Source of the DNA: a virus | Taxonomy: Duplodnaviria; Caudoviricetes | Length of the DNA stretch: 64,000 bases | Direction: 5' to 3' (one strand) | Virus record (IMG/VR): IMGVR_UViG_2751185828_000002 | Shown here: positions 8,892 to 18,680 of the stretch, piece by piece | Position numbering within the stretch: position 1 is the stretch's first letter | Layout: the number at the start of each line of letters is the position of its first letter | Program-made: the position numbers and the translations under genes | Notes under the pieces: model-generated | What the model saw: the letters and a program-made list of their open reading frames with translations, nothing else | What the model was told of the DNA's origin: nothing | Database searches by the model: none

Positions 8892-10559
8892 ATGCTCCTC
8901 CGTCCCCGCCAGAAACTCTTCGTGGAGCGCAGCCTCGCTGCGCTCTCGACTCGCGACAACACACTGGGGGTGGCGCCCACGGGTGCGGGCAAGACGATCA
9001 TGCTCTCGGCCGTCACCGGCAGGATGACCGGGGACGGCGCTAAGGCTTGCGTGCTCGTCCGCCGCGACGAGCTGACCAGCCAGAACCGGGCGAAGTTCGC
9101 CCGGGTCAATCCCGACACGGAGACATCGGTCGTCGATGCCACGACCAAGTCCTGGCACGGACAGGTCACCTTCGCCATGGCGCCGACGCTGTCGCGGGCG
9201 TCCAATCTCGCGGCGATGCCGAAGCTCGATCTGCTGGTGATCGACGAGGCGCATCACGCGGTGGCCGAGAGTTATCGCCGCATAATCGACCGGGTGCGCG
9301 ATGCCAATCCGGAGGCCCGAGTCTTCGGCGTCACGGCGACGCCGAACCGGGGCGACAGGAAGGGCCTGCGCGAGGTCTTCGACAATGTCGCCGACCAGGT
9401 CCGGCTGGGCGAGCTGATCGCCTCCGGCCATCTCGTGCCGCCGCGGACCTTCGTAATCGACGTGGGCGTGCAGGAGCAGTTGCGCGCCATCCGCAAGACC
9501 ACCGACGACTACGACATGGGCGCGGTGGCGGCGATCATGAACCGCGCGCCCATCACCGAGGAAGTGATCCGGCACTGGGAGGAAAAGGCGGGCGACCGCC
9601 AAACCGTGGTCTTCTGCTCGACCGTCGCGCACGCGGTCGACGTCGCGACCGCCTTCAATGAGGCCGGAAACCCGGCCGCCGTCGTCCTTGGCGATATGGG
9701 CTCCACTGAGCGGAAGATGGTGCTCGAAGCCTATGCGTCCGGGGAAATCCAGGTCATCGTCAATGTCGCGGTGCTGACCGAGGGCTGGGACCACCCGCCC
9801 ACCTCCTGTGTCGTGCTGCTGCGGCCAAGTTCCTGCAAATCGACCATGATCCAGATGGTCGGGCGCGGGCTGCGCACCGTCGATCCAGTCGAGCATCCCG
9901 GCGTGGTGAAGACCGACTGCATCATTCTTGATTTCGGGATATCGAGCCTGACCCACGGCACGCTGGAACAGGACGTCGATCTCGACGGCCGCGATCCGGC
10001 GCCGGGTGTGGCCCCGACCAAGACATGCCCGGAATGCGAGGCCGAAATCCCGCTCGCGTCACGTCAGTGCCCGATCTGCGGCTACGAATTCCCCGGCGGG
10101 CCCGTGACATCGCCGCTCGAGAGCGTCGTGATGTCCGAGCTCGACCTGCTGAAACGGTCGAGCTTCGTCTGGGAAGACCTCTTCGGCGACGACGCCGCGC
10201 TGATGGCCAGCGGCTTCAACGCCTGGGGCGGCGTGTTCTTCCTCGAGGGCCGCTGGCATGCCGTGGGCGGAGCCAGGGGGCTGCCGAGCTGCCTTCTCAG
10301 CGTGGGGGATCGCACCGTCTGCCTCGCGCGCGCCGACGACTGGCTGAACGCCCACGAGAGCGACGAGAGCGCCTTCAAGTCGAAGCGCTGGCTGAGCCAG
10401 GCGCCGACGGAAAAACAGCTGCAATACCTCGCGCCCGCGCTGCGTCAGGACTACGGGCTGACCCGCTACCGCGCCTCGGCGCTGATCACCTTCCAGTTCA
10501 ACCGCCGCGACATCCGGCGTCTCGTCATGTCGGCCGCGCCCGAGCGGAGGGCGGCGTGA
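8892..10559 (+). CDS. SF2 DEAD/DEAH-box helicase with zinc ribbon
   Basis: APTGAGKT, IDEAHH, GVTATPNR, QMVGRGLR, CPEC...CPICG. Confidence 0.93.
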   Translation: MLLRPRQKLFVERSLAALSTRDNTLGVAPTGAGKTIMLSAVTGRMTGDGAKACVLVRRDELTSQNRAKFARVNPDTETSVVDATTKSWHGQVTFAMAPTLSRASNLAAMPKLDLLVIDEAHHAVAESYRRIIDRVRDANPEARVFGVTATPNRGDRKGLREVFDNVADQVRLGELIASGHLVPPRTFVIDVGVQEQLRAIRKTTDDYDMGAVAAIMNRAPITEEVIRHWEEKAGDRQTVVFCSTVAHAVDVATAFNEAGNPAAVVLGDMGSTERKMVLEAYASGEIQVIVNVAVLTEGWDHPPTSCVVLLRPSSCKSTMIQMVGRGLRTVDPVEHPGVVKTDCIILDFGISSLTHGTLEQDVDLDGRDPAPGVAPTKTCPECEAEIPLASRQCPICGYEFPGGPVTSPLESVVMSELDLLKRSSFVWEDLFGDDAALMASGFNAWGGVFFLEGRWHAVGGARGLPSCLLSVGDRTVCLARADDWLNAHESDESAFKSKRWLSQAPTEKQLQYLAPALRQDYGLTRYRASALITFQFNRRDIRRLVMSAAPERRAA

Positions 10560-10984
10560 ACCATGTCGCGCAAGTCCCATCCCCGCCCGCAGAGGCTCCG
10601 GATCGACCGGGCTTTTATCGCTTCTGGCATCCGCGCCCGGTGCTCTGCGCCGTCTGCACCGCGCGCACCCGCGGCTTCGGCTGGTTCGATCCCCACCGGC
10701 CACGCCCCCACCGCACCCACCGCTGGTTCTGCTCCATGGACTGCCAGGCGGCCTTCACCCTCAAAGCCCGGAAAGGATTGAGCATGGTCGATTTCACCGA
10801 AGAGGAAATTCAGGCGCTGCCCGCCGTCATGCGCGCGCTCGCGCCCGAAATGGAGCGGATCGGCTGGGACCGGCCGCTGGGCCAGCTGACCCAGAACGAC
10901 ATGCACCGGCTGATCGTCACCACCATCGAGGCCTTCCGCGCCGAGATGGCCGAGATCGCCAGCCAGTCGGAGATCCCGTTCTGA
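10556..10984 (+). CDS. Cys-rich phage protein (DUF6511-like)
   Basis: GTG start at 10556 in the frame of ORF 10025..10984; CAVC...FCSMDC. Confidence 0.65.
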   Translation: MNHVAQVPSPPAEAPDRPGFYRFWHPRPVLCAVCTARTRGFGWFDPHRPRPHRTHRWFCSMDCQAAFTLKARKGLSMVDFTEEEIQALPAVMRALAPEMERIGWDRPLGQLTQNDMHRLIVTTIEAFRAEMAEIASQSEIPF

Positions 10985-11751
10985 TGCTGGACTTCAACAA
11001 GCGTCCATCCATGGTCGAGCGCATCAACGCGGCCGTGGACGCGGCTCTCGAGGCTGAGCGCGCGGCGACCCCGCCGCGCGACTATCTCGGGGCTTCCCGG
11101 CTTGGGCACGCCTGCGAGCGCGCGCTGCAGTTCGAATTCGCTGGCGCGCCGAAGGACGAGGGCCAGAACTTCTCCGGCCGGTCGCTCCGGATCTTCGCCA
11201 CTGGGCATCAGCTCGAGGATCTCGCCATCCGCTGGCTGCGGGCGGCGGGGCTGGACCTCTACACCCGCAAGGGCAACCGCGCGGACGGCGAGCAGTTCGG
11301 CTTCTCGGTCGCCGGGGGCCGCATCCGCGGCCATGTCGACGGGATCGTCGCCGAGGCCCCCGCGGCGCTTGGACTGCGCACCCCCGCGCTCTGGGAGTGC
11401 AAGACGATGAACGCGAAGAACTGGCGCGAGACGGTGGCCAAGGGCGTGACTGTCGCGAAGCCGGTCTATGCCGCTCAGATCGCGCTCTACCAAGCCTACA
11501 TGGAAGCGACCGTGCCGGGCATCTGCGCGAACCCGGCGCTCTTCACCGCGATCAACAAGGACACAGCCGAGCTGCACCACGAGCTGGTGCCCTTCGACGC
11601 CGATCTCGCACAGCGCATGTCGGACCGCGGCGTGCGGATCCTGCGGGCCACCGACGCGGGCGAGCTGCTCCCGCGCATCGCCGCCAATCGCGACTTCTTC
11701 GAATGCCGGTTCTGCCCGTGGGCCGAGCGCTGCTGGAGCCTGCCGGCATGA
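10984..11751 (+). CDS. Cas4/AddB-like PD-(D/E)XK exonuclease
   Basis: YLGASRLGHAC, GHVDG, WECKT, QIALY, CRFCPWAERC (four-Cys Fe-S pattern). Confidence 0.85.
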   Translation: MLDFNKRPSMVERINAAVDAALEAERAATPPRDYLGASRLGHACERALQFEFAGAPKDEGQNFSGRSLRIFATGHQLEDLAIRWLRAAGLDLYTRKGNRADGEQFGFSVAGGRIRGHVDGIVAEAPAALGLRTPALWECKTMNAKNWRETVAKGVTVAKPVYAAQIALYQAYMEATVPGICANPALFTAINKDTAELHHELVPFDADLAQRMSDRGVRILRATDAGELLPRIAANRDFFECRFCPWAERCWSLPA

Positions 11752-14039
11752 GCGACGACAACATCATCCATTTCAATCCCTGGCGGGATTTCAACGACGC
11801 GGCACCTCTGGCCGATCCCTTCGCGGTCGAACCGGACGCGGGCCAGATCGCGCGCTTCGTCGATGTGGTCTTTGGCTATTCCGACGGGCTGATCCCGGTT
11901 CGCGGTTTCGTCGACAAGGGTCAGGGCAAGGACGGCCGGCCGCACAACGTCTGGATCGACGCGGACGCCACCGCGCCCGCGAAGCTCGGCACCTTCGCCG
12001 GCTGGGCCGCGCGTGAGGGCGCGGCGGTCTATGTCATCCCCGGCACGGTCGCGGAAACGGGGCAGGCGCGCGCCGCGGACGTCCTTCAGATGCAGAGCCT
12101 CGTGGTCGATCTCGACTCGGGCGACATCCCGGCCAAGCTCGATCACCTCGTCCACCACCTAGGGCGACCGACCCTGATCGTCGAGAGCGGCGGGCGCACA
12201 CCCGAGGGCGCGACCAAGCTCCATGTCTGGTGGAAGCTGACTGAACCCGCGGAGGGCGCCGATCTCGACCGGCTCTGCGCGCTCCGCGGCGAGATCGCGC
12301 TGAAGGTGGGCGGCGACACGCATTTCCGCTCGGCCCACCAGCCGATCCGCGTGCCCGGCACCGTCTATCACAAGGGCGGGCTCACCCGGCTGGTGCAAAT
12401 CCGCGAGGCGACAGAGCTCGAGGTCGATCTCGCCGAGATGGCTGAACGCGTCGCCGACATGCCGCCCATGCCCGGCGTCGGCATGGCCACGGCGGAGACC
12501 CGCGAGAAACCCGCCATAGGCGATGTGCTGGTGACCCCGGTGCACGAGGGCGGCGCGGACGACTGGTCCCGCTTCGAGGGCGCCTCGGCCGCGATCGGCT
12601 ATTTCCTGCGGCTGGTGCACGAGGGCCGAATGCCGATGGACGAGGGCTGGACGGCGATCTGCGGCTACAACGCCGCGATGCTGCGCCCCTCCTGGCCGCT
12701 CGACCGGCTGAAGCGCGAGACGAACCGGCTGTGGGAGCTGCACATCAAGCGGCACGGGGCGCCGCTGGTCCGCCTGGACAGCGCGGCGCCTGCGCAAACG
12801 AACCTGCCGACCTTCAGCCTCGGCGCGCTGCTCGACGACACGAGCCCGATGCCCGACGACATCATCGGCCCGCGCGTTCTGACGCCGGGCGGGCTCCTGG
12901 TGCTGGGTGGCGCGCCCAAGGTGGGCAAGAGCGACCTGCTGATCGCATTGCTCGTGCACATGGCGGCGGGCGTGCCCTTCCTCGGCTTCACCCCGCCACG
13001 GCCGCTGCGGATCTTCTACCTGCAGGCCGAGATCCAGTACCACTACCTGCGCGAACGCATGCAGCAGATCGGCCTGCCGCCCAAGCTGATTGCGGCCGCG
13101 CGCGACAACCTGATCGTCACGCCGAAGCTGCGGATGCTGCTCGATGCCGAGGGCAGCGCGCGGGTGGCCGAGGCAATCAGGGCCGCGTTCCCCGACGAAC
13201 CACTCGACATCCTCTGCATCGACCCGATCCGCAATCTCTTCGACGGCGGGCCCGATGGCGGCGGCGAGAACGACAACGCCGCGATGATGTTCTTCCTGAA
13301 GGACCGGGTGGAGGTGCTGCGCGACCACGTCAACCCGGACTGCGGCGTGATCCTCGTCCACCACACCAAGAAGCTCTCGAAGCACCAGGTGAAAGAGGAC
13401 CCATTTCTCGCCCTTTCCGGCGCCAGCGCACTCAGGGGTTTCTACACGACCGGCCTGATCCTCCACCGGCCCGAGGAGGATTCGACCCAGAGGCGGTTGG
13501 AAATCGAGCTGCGCAACGGCCCCGCGCTGCCCGCGAAGCTGGTGGACAAGGTCAAGGGCAAATGGGTCGAGATCAACCCGATGAACGAGCGGCTCGTGCG
13601 CCCCGAGGTCGGCGCGAAGCATGACGCCGAGCGCGATCGCAAGCGGGACGTGATCCTCTCGATCCTGCTCGACGAGGCCGCCGAGGGGCGGCTCTACACC
13701 ATCAACCAGTTCGCCGAAGCCTTCGAGAACAAAGGCGGTCTGGGCGGCAAGGACACGATCCGCGACCGGATCGCGGTTCAAGCCACCAAGGGCGCCATCA
13801 AGTTCATCCGTGACGGCGCGCCATACGGGCTTGGGCCTTCGCGCTCGCGCTTCGGATACCTCTGCGTCGAGGGGATGGTCATGCCCACGGACGGCGAGGA
13901 TGTCGATCCGGCGACCGGCGAGGTCACCCCCGCCAGCATCGCAGTGCTGCCCACCCATTACAAATCGCCGCAGACCGGGGCGCTGCTCGAGGTCGAGAAC
14001 CCTCAGGTCTGGGTCTATCCGGAGGGGGAACGGCCATGA
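11748..14039 (+). CDS. Primase-helicase (RepB-like primase + AAA_25)
   Basis: VVDLD and HVWWKL primase motifs; GGAPKVGKS; CIDPIRN; HHTKK. Confidence 0.88.
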   Translation: MSDDNIIHFNPWRDFNDAAPLADPFAVEPDAGQIARFVDVVFGYSDGLIPVRGFVDKGQGKDGRPHNVWIDADATAPAKLGTFAGWAAREGAAVYVIPGTVAETGQARAADVLQMQSLVVDLDSGDIPAKLDHLVHHLGRPTLIVESGGRTPEGATKLHVWWKLTEPAEGADLDRLCALRGEIALKVGGDTHFRSAHQPIRVPGTVYHKGGLTRLVQIREATELEVDLAEMAERVADMPPMPGVGMATAETREKPAIGDVLVTPVHEGGADDWSRFEGASAAIGYFLRLVHEGRMPMDEGWTAICGYNAAMLRPSWPLDRLKRETNRLWELHIKRHGAPLVRLDSAAPAQTNLPTFSLGALLDDTSPMPDDIIGPRVLTPGGLLVLGGAPKVGKSDLLIALLVHMAAGVPFLGFTPPRPLRIFYLQAEIQYHYLRERMQQIGLPPKLIAAARDNLIVTPKLRMLLDAEGSARVAEAIRAAFPDEPLDILCIDPIRNLFDGGPDGGGENDNAAMMFFLKDRVEVLRDHVNPDCGVILVHHTKKLSKHQVKEDPFLALSGASALRGFYTTGLILHRPEEDSTQRRLEIELRNGPALPAKLVDKVKGKWVEINPMNERLVRPEVGAKHDAERDRKRDVILSILLDEAAEGRLYTINQFAEAFENKGGLGGKDTIRDRIAVQATKGAIKFIRDGAPYGLGPSRSRFGYLCVEGMVMPTDGEDVDPATGEVTPASIAVLPTHYKSPQTGALLEVENPQVWVYPEGERP

Positions 14040-14055
14040 TCGCCCCGGCAGATCG

Positions 14056-14400
14056 TTCTGCGCAGAATTGCGCAGGGGCCAGTTTGAACCAGATGCGGGG
14101 CCTTGCCGAAACTGCCCCGCCATCCGTTCGCGAACATGCGCAAACGCCCGCTGTGATCAGTTTCGGCCCGCTTCCGAAACTGCCCCTTCAGGATTGCGCT
14201 AGGACCGCAACGGCTACGCTGCACCCAGTTTCGGCCGGGTCAGGCGCAAGCGCACTCCCGAAACTGGAATTCCCTTTTTCTGTCAGTGTGTTGCTGCGGT
14301 TTTCCAGTTTAGGGGGTGAAACCACCCCCTACGGGGGTGGGGGAGAACGCCGCAGGCGGGTTCTCCCACGCCCACCCCCGGGGGTTCGCGCGCGTGGCTC
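14056..14400. repeat. Iteron/hairpin cluster, probable phage replication origin
   Basis: CCGAAACTG at 14106, 14174, 14258; CAGTTTCGG at 14158, 14226; palindrome TTCTGCGCAGAA 14056-14067; AGGGGGTG-aaac-CACCCCCT 14311-14330. Confidence 0.6.
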
Positions 14401-14505
14401 GTCCCCGCCCAAATCTCCCGATCCGACGACGGCGGCCCCGTACCGCCAAGCACCAGACCGCCGTCGTCTTCCACCCGAGCAGCCAACCAGAAGAGGAGAC
14501 CACCC

Positions 14506-15042
14506 ATGGCTGACCTGAATCTCGCCACACACTGCCGCGAGGCAATCCCCGATCTGCCACCCGTATCCCGATCCAACAGGTCGATGCTGGCCCTTGACCT
14601 CGGCACCGCGACGGGCTGGGCGCTGCATGGCATCGACGGGCTGATCACCTCCGGCACGGTGTCCTTCCGCCCTGGCCGGTTCGATGGCGGCGGCATGCGG
14701 TATCTCCGCTTCACCAACTGGCTGACCGAGATCGATCGGCTGTCCGGGCCCGTCGCCGCCATCTGGTTCGAGGAGGTCCGCCGCCACGCGGCCACCGACG
14801 CGGCCCATGTCTATGGCGGGCTGATGGCCACGCTGACCGCATGGGCCGAACTGCGCGGCATTCCCTACGAAGGCGTCCCGGTCGGCACGATCAAGCGCCA
14901 CGCCACCGGCAAGGGCAACGCGCCGAAGGAGGCGATGATCGCCGCGGCCCGCGCCCGCGGTTTCAGCCCCGCCGACGACAACGAGGCCGACGCCATCGCG
15001 ATCCTGCTCTGGGCGCTGGAGACCAAGGGGGGCCTGCAATGA
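14506..15042 (+). CDS. RuvC-like Holliday junction resolvase
   Basis: MLALDLGTATGWAL, IWFEEV, DNEADAIAIL acidic catalytic pattern. Confidence 0.8.
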   Translation: MADLNLATHCREAIPDLPPVSRSNRSMLALDLGTATGWALHGIDGLITSGTVSFRPGRFDGGGMRYLRFTNWLTEIDRLSGPVAAIWFEEVRRHAATDAAHVYGGLMATLTAWAELRGIPYEGVPVGTIKRHATGKGNAPKEAMIAAARARGFSPADDNEADAIAILLWALETKGGLQ

Positions 15043-15236
15043 GGCGGTTTCCCCGTGGCTATGGCGGCGAGCGCCGCAACCCCGAACAGGTCAAGCGCGA
15101 CGGCTGGAAGGAGCAACGCGTGTTCGCAGTTTCCCTTGACGACCAGAGACTTACTTGGCCTGAGCGGGAGCTGGTGCGGCAACTCGGCGAGCGTCTTTAC
15201 GGCGCGCGCCCAACACAACGAGAGGTGAGGAAATGA
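15039..15236 (+). CDS. Small hypothetical phage protein
   Basis: ATGA overlaps at both ends; 65 aa. Confidence 0.7.
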   Translation: MRRFPRGYGGERRNPEQVKRDGWKEQRVFAVSLDDQRLTWPERELVRQLGERLYGARPTQREVRK

Positions 15237-15661
15237 CCCATTGGACACCAGCCGACGTGGAGGCGCGGCTCTCCGAGGCGGGGATGATCCTGCGCCGTCT
15301 GCCGGAGCCCCGGCGCAACGGATACTTCAGCACATGGCCCGAGATCGTCCACGGATTCGCGGACAAGGTGGGCCAGGAGCCGAAGCCCATGCGCGTCTCG
15401 CCCTCGCCGCGGGACATCGCGCGGATGGAGGAGACGCTAACTTGGACGAACTGCCTCGAGCCCATCGACGGCAAGATCGTCTGGATGAAGGCGCATGACG
15501 AGCGCTGGAAGAACATCTGCTGGCACGTCGGTCTCTGCCACGCCGCTGCGCACCAGCACTGGCGCTACGGGCTGTCGCTCATCGCGCTGAACCTCAACAG
15601 GCGGCCCTTCAACCGGAAACTGCCGATCCTCGAGATCATCAAGCTTGCGCGCAGCCAGTAG
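15233..15661 (+). CDS. DUF6362-like protein, possible late-gene regulator
   Basis: 142 aa; last early gene; C-terminal HTH-like segment. Confidence 0.65.
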   Translation: MTHWTPADVEARLSEAGMILRRLPEPRRNGYFSTWPEIVHGFADKVGQEPKPMRVSPSPRDIARMEETLTWTNCLEPIDGKIVWMKAHDERWKNICWHVGLCHAAAHQHWRYGLSLIALNLNRRPFNRKLPILEIIKLARSQ

Positions 15662-16104
15662 GAAAGTCTCGTGTAGAGGGTTTTCGCGCAGACAAAAACG
15701 CCTCTCCCGGGCTAGAAAGTGGATATGCTCGGGAGAGGCGCGCGCGGCGCAGACCCGAACGAAACCATCCTTTCGTTGGTGAGGGCCGTTGGAAAAGGAA
15801 AGGCGCTGATCCTTTCCTTGCGGGCCGCTGTCCGCCCCCGCCAAGCCCTCAGCCGACTTCGCGGTTCCTTCTGCGCGACATTCGTATGCTGGCGGGCGAA
15901 GCGCGGGACTTCGCCAGCGTCAGGGTCGGATTTTTGGGAAGCCAGCCAGAATCCGGATCCACCCGCCTCCCGCACCAACCCCAATGAACGCTGGCCTTCG
16001 GGCCGGACACCCCGGATGCCGCTGGACCCCGCGTGGAGTCCAGCGCGGCATCCAGTGTCCGGAGTCCGGTCAGCATCCACCTGAACACCGGAAACCGCCC
16101 GCCC

Positions 16105-17424
16105 ATGACGCTGAGCTTCGCCCCCGAGCGGATCGAGATGTGGCCGCTGTCGCGCCTGCAGCCCTACGCGAAGAACGCGAAGGCGCACGGGCCGGACCAG
16201 GTCGCCAAGATCGCCGCCAGCATGGCCGAGTTCGGCTGGACCGTGCCGTGCCTCGTGGCAGAGGACGGCGAGCTGATTGCGGGCCATGGCCGGGTGCTGG
16301 CCGCCACGCAGCTTGGACTGACAGAGGCGCCGGTCATCGTGCTCGGGCATCTGACCGAGGCGCAGCGGCGGGCCTATCGCATCGCGGACAACAAGCTGAC
16401 CGAACTCGGCACCTGGGACGAGGCGCTGCTGTCGTCGGAACTGAACGAACTGCTGGCCGAGGATTTCGACCTGTCGCTGGTCGGCTTTTCCGACGGCGAG
16501 TTGGACAAGCTGCTGGCCTACGTCGCGGAAGACGACGGTGAAGAAGGTGGCGCCGGGGGCTCCGTGCCGCCGGTGACCATCCCCGAGCCGCCGCGCAACC
16601 CGGCGTCGCGGACGGGCGACCTGTGGATCCTCGGCGACAATCGCCTCCTGTGCGGCGACAGCACCAGCGCTGCCGACGTGCGCCGCCTGATGAACGGCGA
16701 GCGCGCGATCCTGTTCGCCACCGACCCGCCGTATCTCGTCGATTACGACGGGTCCAACCATCCGACCCGCAACAAGGACTGGTCGGCGTCCTACGGCACG
16801 ACCTGGGACGACAGTTCGCAGGGTGCGGAGCTCTACGACGGCTTCATCGCCGCCGCTGTGGCGGAAGCCATCGCCGAGGACGCCGCCTGGTACTGCTGGC
16901 ACGCCTCGCGTCGCCAGGCGATGCTCGAAGCCTGCTGGGAGAAGGCCGGGGCGTTCGTCCACCAGCAGATCATCTGGGTGAAGGACCGCGGTGTCCTGAC
17001 CCGGTCGCACTACCTCTGGAAACACGAACCCTGCTTCATGGGCTGGCGCCGTCCGAACCGTCCGCCGAAGGTGGCCGAGGAAACGCTACCGTCAACTTGG
17101 GCGCTGCCCAGCTTCGCCAAGGACGACCGACCCGACCACCCGACACCGAAGCCGCTTGACGCCTTCGGGATCCCGATGCGCCAGCACGTTGCGCGCGGCG
17201 GCCTATGCTACGAACCGTTTTCCGGCTCGGGCTCACAGATCATGGCGGGCGAGGCCAACGGCCGCCGCGTCTTCGCAATGGAGATCAGCCCCGCCTATGT
17301 CGATGTCGCCGTGGAACGCTGGCAGGCCGAGACTGGCCGCGACGCGATCCTCGAAGGCGACGGCCGGACCTTCGCCGAGGTGAAGGCCGAGCGGCTGGGC
17401 GACAAGGCCGATGCCGCCGCCTGA
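16105..17424 (+). CDS. ParB-domain + N6/N4 amino-methyltransferase fusion
   Basis: ParB N-terminus (LQPYAKNAKAH, LIAGHGRV); TDPPY; HPTPKP; YEPFSGSGS. Confidence 0.92.
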   Translation: MTLSFAPERIEMWPLSRLQPYAKNAKAHGPDQVAKIAASMAEFGWTVPCLVAEDGELIAGHGRVLAATQLGLTEAPVIVLGHLTEAQRRAYRIADNKLTELGTWDEALLSSELNELLAEDFDLSLVGFSDGELDKLLAYVAEDDGEEGGAGGSVPPVTIPEPPRNPASRTGDLWILGDNRLLCGDSTSAADVRRLMNGERAILFATDPPYLVDYDGSNHPTRNKDWSASYGTTWDDSSQGAELYDGFIAAAVAEAIAEDAAWYCWHASRRQAMLEACWEKAGAFVHQQIIWVKDRGVLTRSHYLWKHEPCFMGWRRPNRPPKVAEETLPSTWALPSFAKDDRPDHPTPKPLDAFGIPMRQHVARGGLCYEPFSGSGSQIMAGEANGRRVFAMEISPAYVDVAVERWQAETGRDAILEGDGRTFAEVKAERLGDKADAAA

Positions 17425-18407
17425 TGGCCGTCTACTACAACGATGCCGATCCCGCGGCCTGCGCCTGGCTGCGGGAACTGATCTCGGCCGGGCTCCTGCC
17501 TGCTGGCGAGGTGGACGAGCGCTCCATCCTCAAGGTGGAGCCCGCTGACCTGCGCGGCTTCGCGCAATGCCATTTCTTCGCCGGGATCGGCGGCTGGCCC
17601 TACGCCCTGCGCCTCGCAGGTGTCGCCAAGGAACTGTCCGTCTGGACCGGATCACCACCCTGCCAGCCTTTCAGCCAGGCCGGGCAGCGCAAGTGACAGG
17701 ATGATGACCGCCACCTCGCCCCGGCCTTCCTGCGTCTCGTCGCAGCCTGCCGTCCGGAGCTCGTCTTCGGCGAGCAGGTCGCGAGCGCGGCAGTGCTCGG
17801 ACCGGTTGGCAGCGCGGCTCGAACAGCGGCTGAGGATCCGGCTGGCTGGGCGTGGTTCGACGCTCTGGCGGCTGACCTGGAAGCGGCATCTTACGCCGTC
17901 GCAGCGGCCGATCTGCCGGCTGCGGGCATCGGCGCGCCGCACATCCGTCAGCGCCTGTTCTTCGGCGCAGTCGCCCTCGATCCGAGCGGGCTGGGCGACG
18001 GCCTCAGCGCGGGATCACAAGGACGGCTCGGAATGCCATGCGGTCCCGATCAACGCGCTGCTCGGCCGGCAGGTCTGGCTGGCGGGGTGGCCGGCGACGA
18101 TGGCGGGCTCGCCCGCCACGGAGCGCTACAACGCGGCCGGCAACACCGATGCGAGTCGCAGGACGGTGAAGCTGGTCGACTGGTCGACCGCGCCGACCCT
18201 GCCGGGTCCAATGCGACGGACGGCGTCTGGCGAGATCCGGACTGGCTCCTCTGCCGCGATGGGTGCTGGCGGTCCGCTGAGCCCGGAACATTCCCGCTGG
18301 CTGATGGGATACCCGGCCGCATGGGGCTCTTGCGGGGCTACGGCAATGCGATCGTGCCGCCGCTCGCGGCGGAATTCGTGACGGCGTTTCTGGAGAGCCT
18401 GCGATGA
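17424..18407 (+). pseudogene. C5-cytosine methyltransferase alpha-type chain interrupted by an in-frame TGA at 17694-17696
   Basis: FFAGIGG (I), GSPPCQPFS (IV), FGEQV (VI), GAPHIRQR (VIII), YGNAIVP (X), all in one frame; reads RK*QDDDRHL where Gly is expected. Confidence 0.85.
17701..18381 (+). CDS. Beta-type methyltransferase subunit (TRD + motif IX) nested in the +1 frame of the C5 methyltransferase gene
   Basis: ORF 17620..18381 is open throughout; PLSPEHSRWLMGYP resembles motif IX, which the main frame lacks; ATG 17701 is a guessed start. Confidence 0.65.
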   Translation: MMTATSPRPSCVSSQPAVRSSSSASRSRARQCSDRLAARLEQRLRIRLAGRGSTLWRLTWKRHLTPSQRPICRLRASARRTSVSACSSAQSPSIRAGWATASARDHKDGSECHAVPINALLGRQVWLAGWPATMAGSPATERYNAAGNTDASRRTVKLVDWSTAPTLPGPMRRTASGEIRTGSSAAMGAGGPLSPEHSRWLMGYPAAWGSCGATAMRSCRRSRRNS

Positions 18408-18628
18408 AGCAGAGCCGGGTCATGTCGATGGTCGAGGCCGTGACGAATGTCGTTGTCGGCTACGTGTTGGCCATCGGCACGCAAATCGTGGTGTTTCCGT
18501 GGTTCGGGATCGAGACGGGGCTGGCCGAGCATCTGACCATCGGCCTCGCCTTCGTCGGGGTCTCTCTGGCGCGCGGTTACCTCCTGCGACGGCTGTTCGA
18601 GGCGATCCGGATGCGGAGCGCAGAATGA
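18404..18628 (+). CDS. Small membrane protein
   Basis: Two hydrophobic segments; ATGA overlap. Confidence 0.7.
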   Translation: MKQSRVMSMVEAVTNVVVGYVLAIGTQIVVFPWFGIETGLAEHLTIGLAFVGVSLARGYLLRRLFEAIRMRSAE

Positions 18629-18632
18629 AGAA

Positions 18633-18656
18633 CCGCCGCCCGAGGGTTGGCGGCGG
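18633..18656. terminator. GC hairpin between convergent genes
   Basis: CCGCCGCC-cgagggtt-GGCGGCGG. Confidence 0.5.
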
Positions 18657-18680
18657 CATCGGTTTCTTGGGGCGCTGGCG

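Noticed and set aside
10984-11751. Possible CRISPR-Cas locus
   Set aside because: Only a solo Cas4-like gene; no cas1/cas2 and no repeat-spacer array seen in the window
14036-14518. 160-aa ORF after the primase
   Set aside because: Atypical composition; overlies the iteron/hairpin cluster, better explained as non-coding
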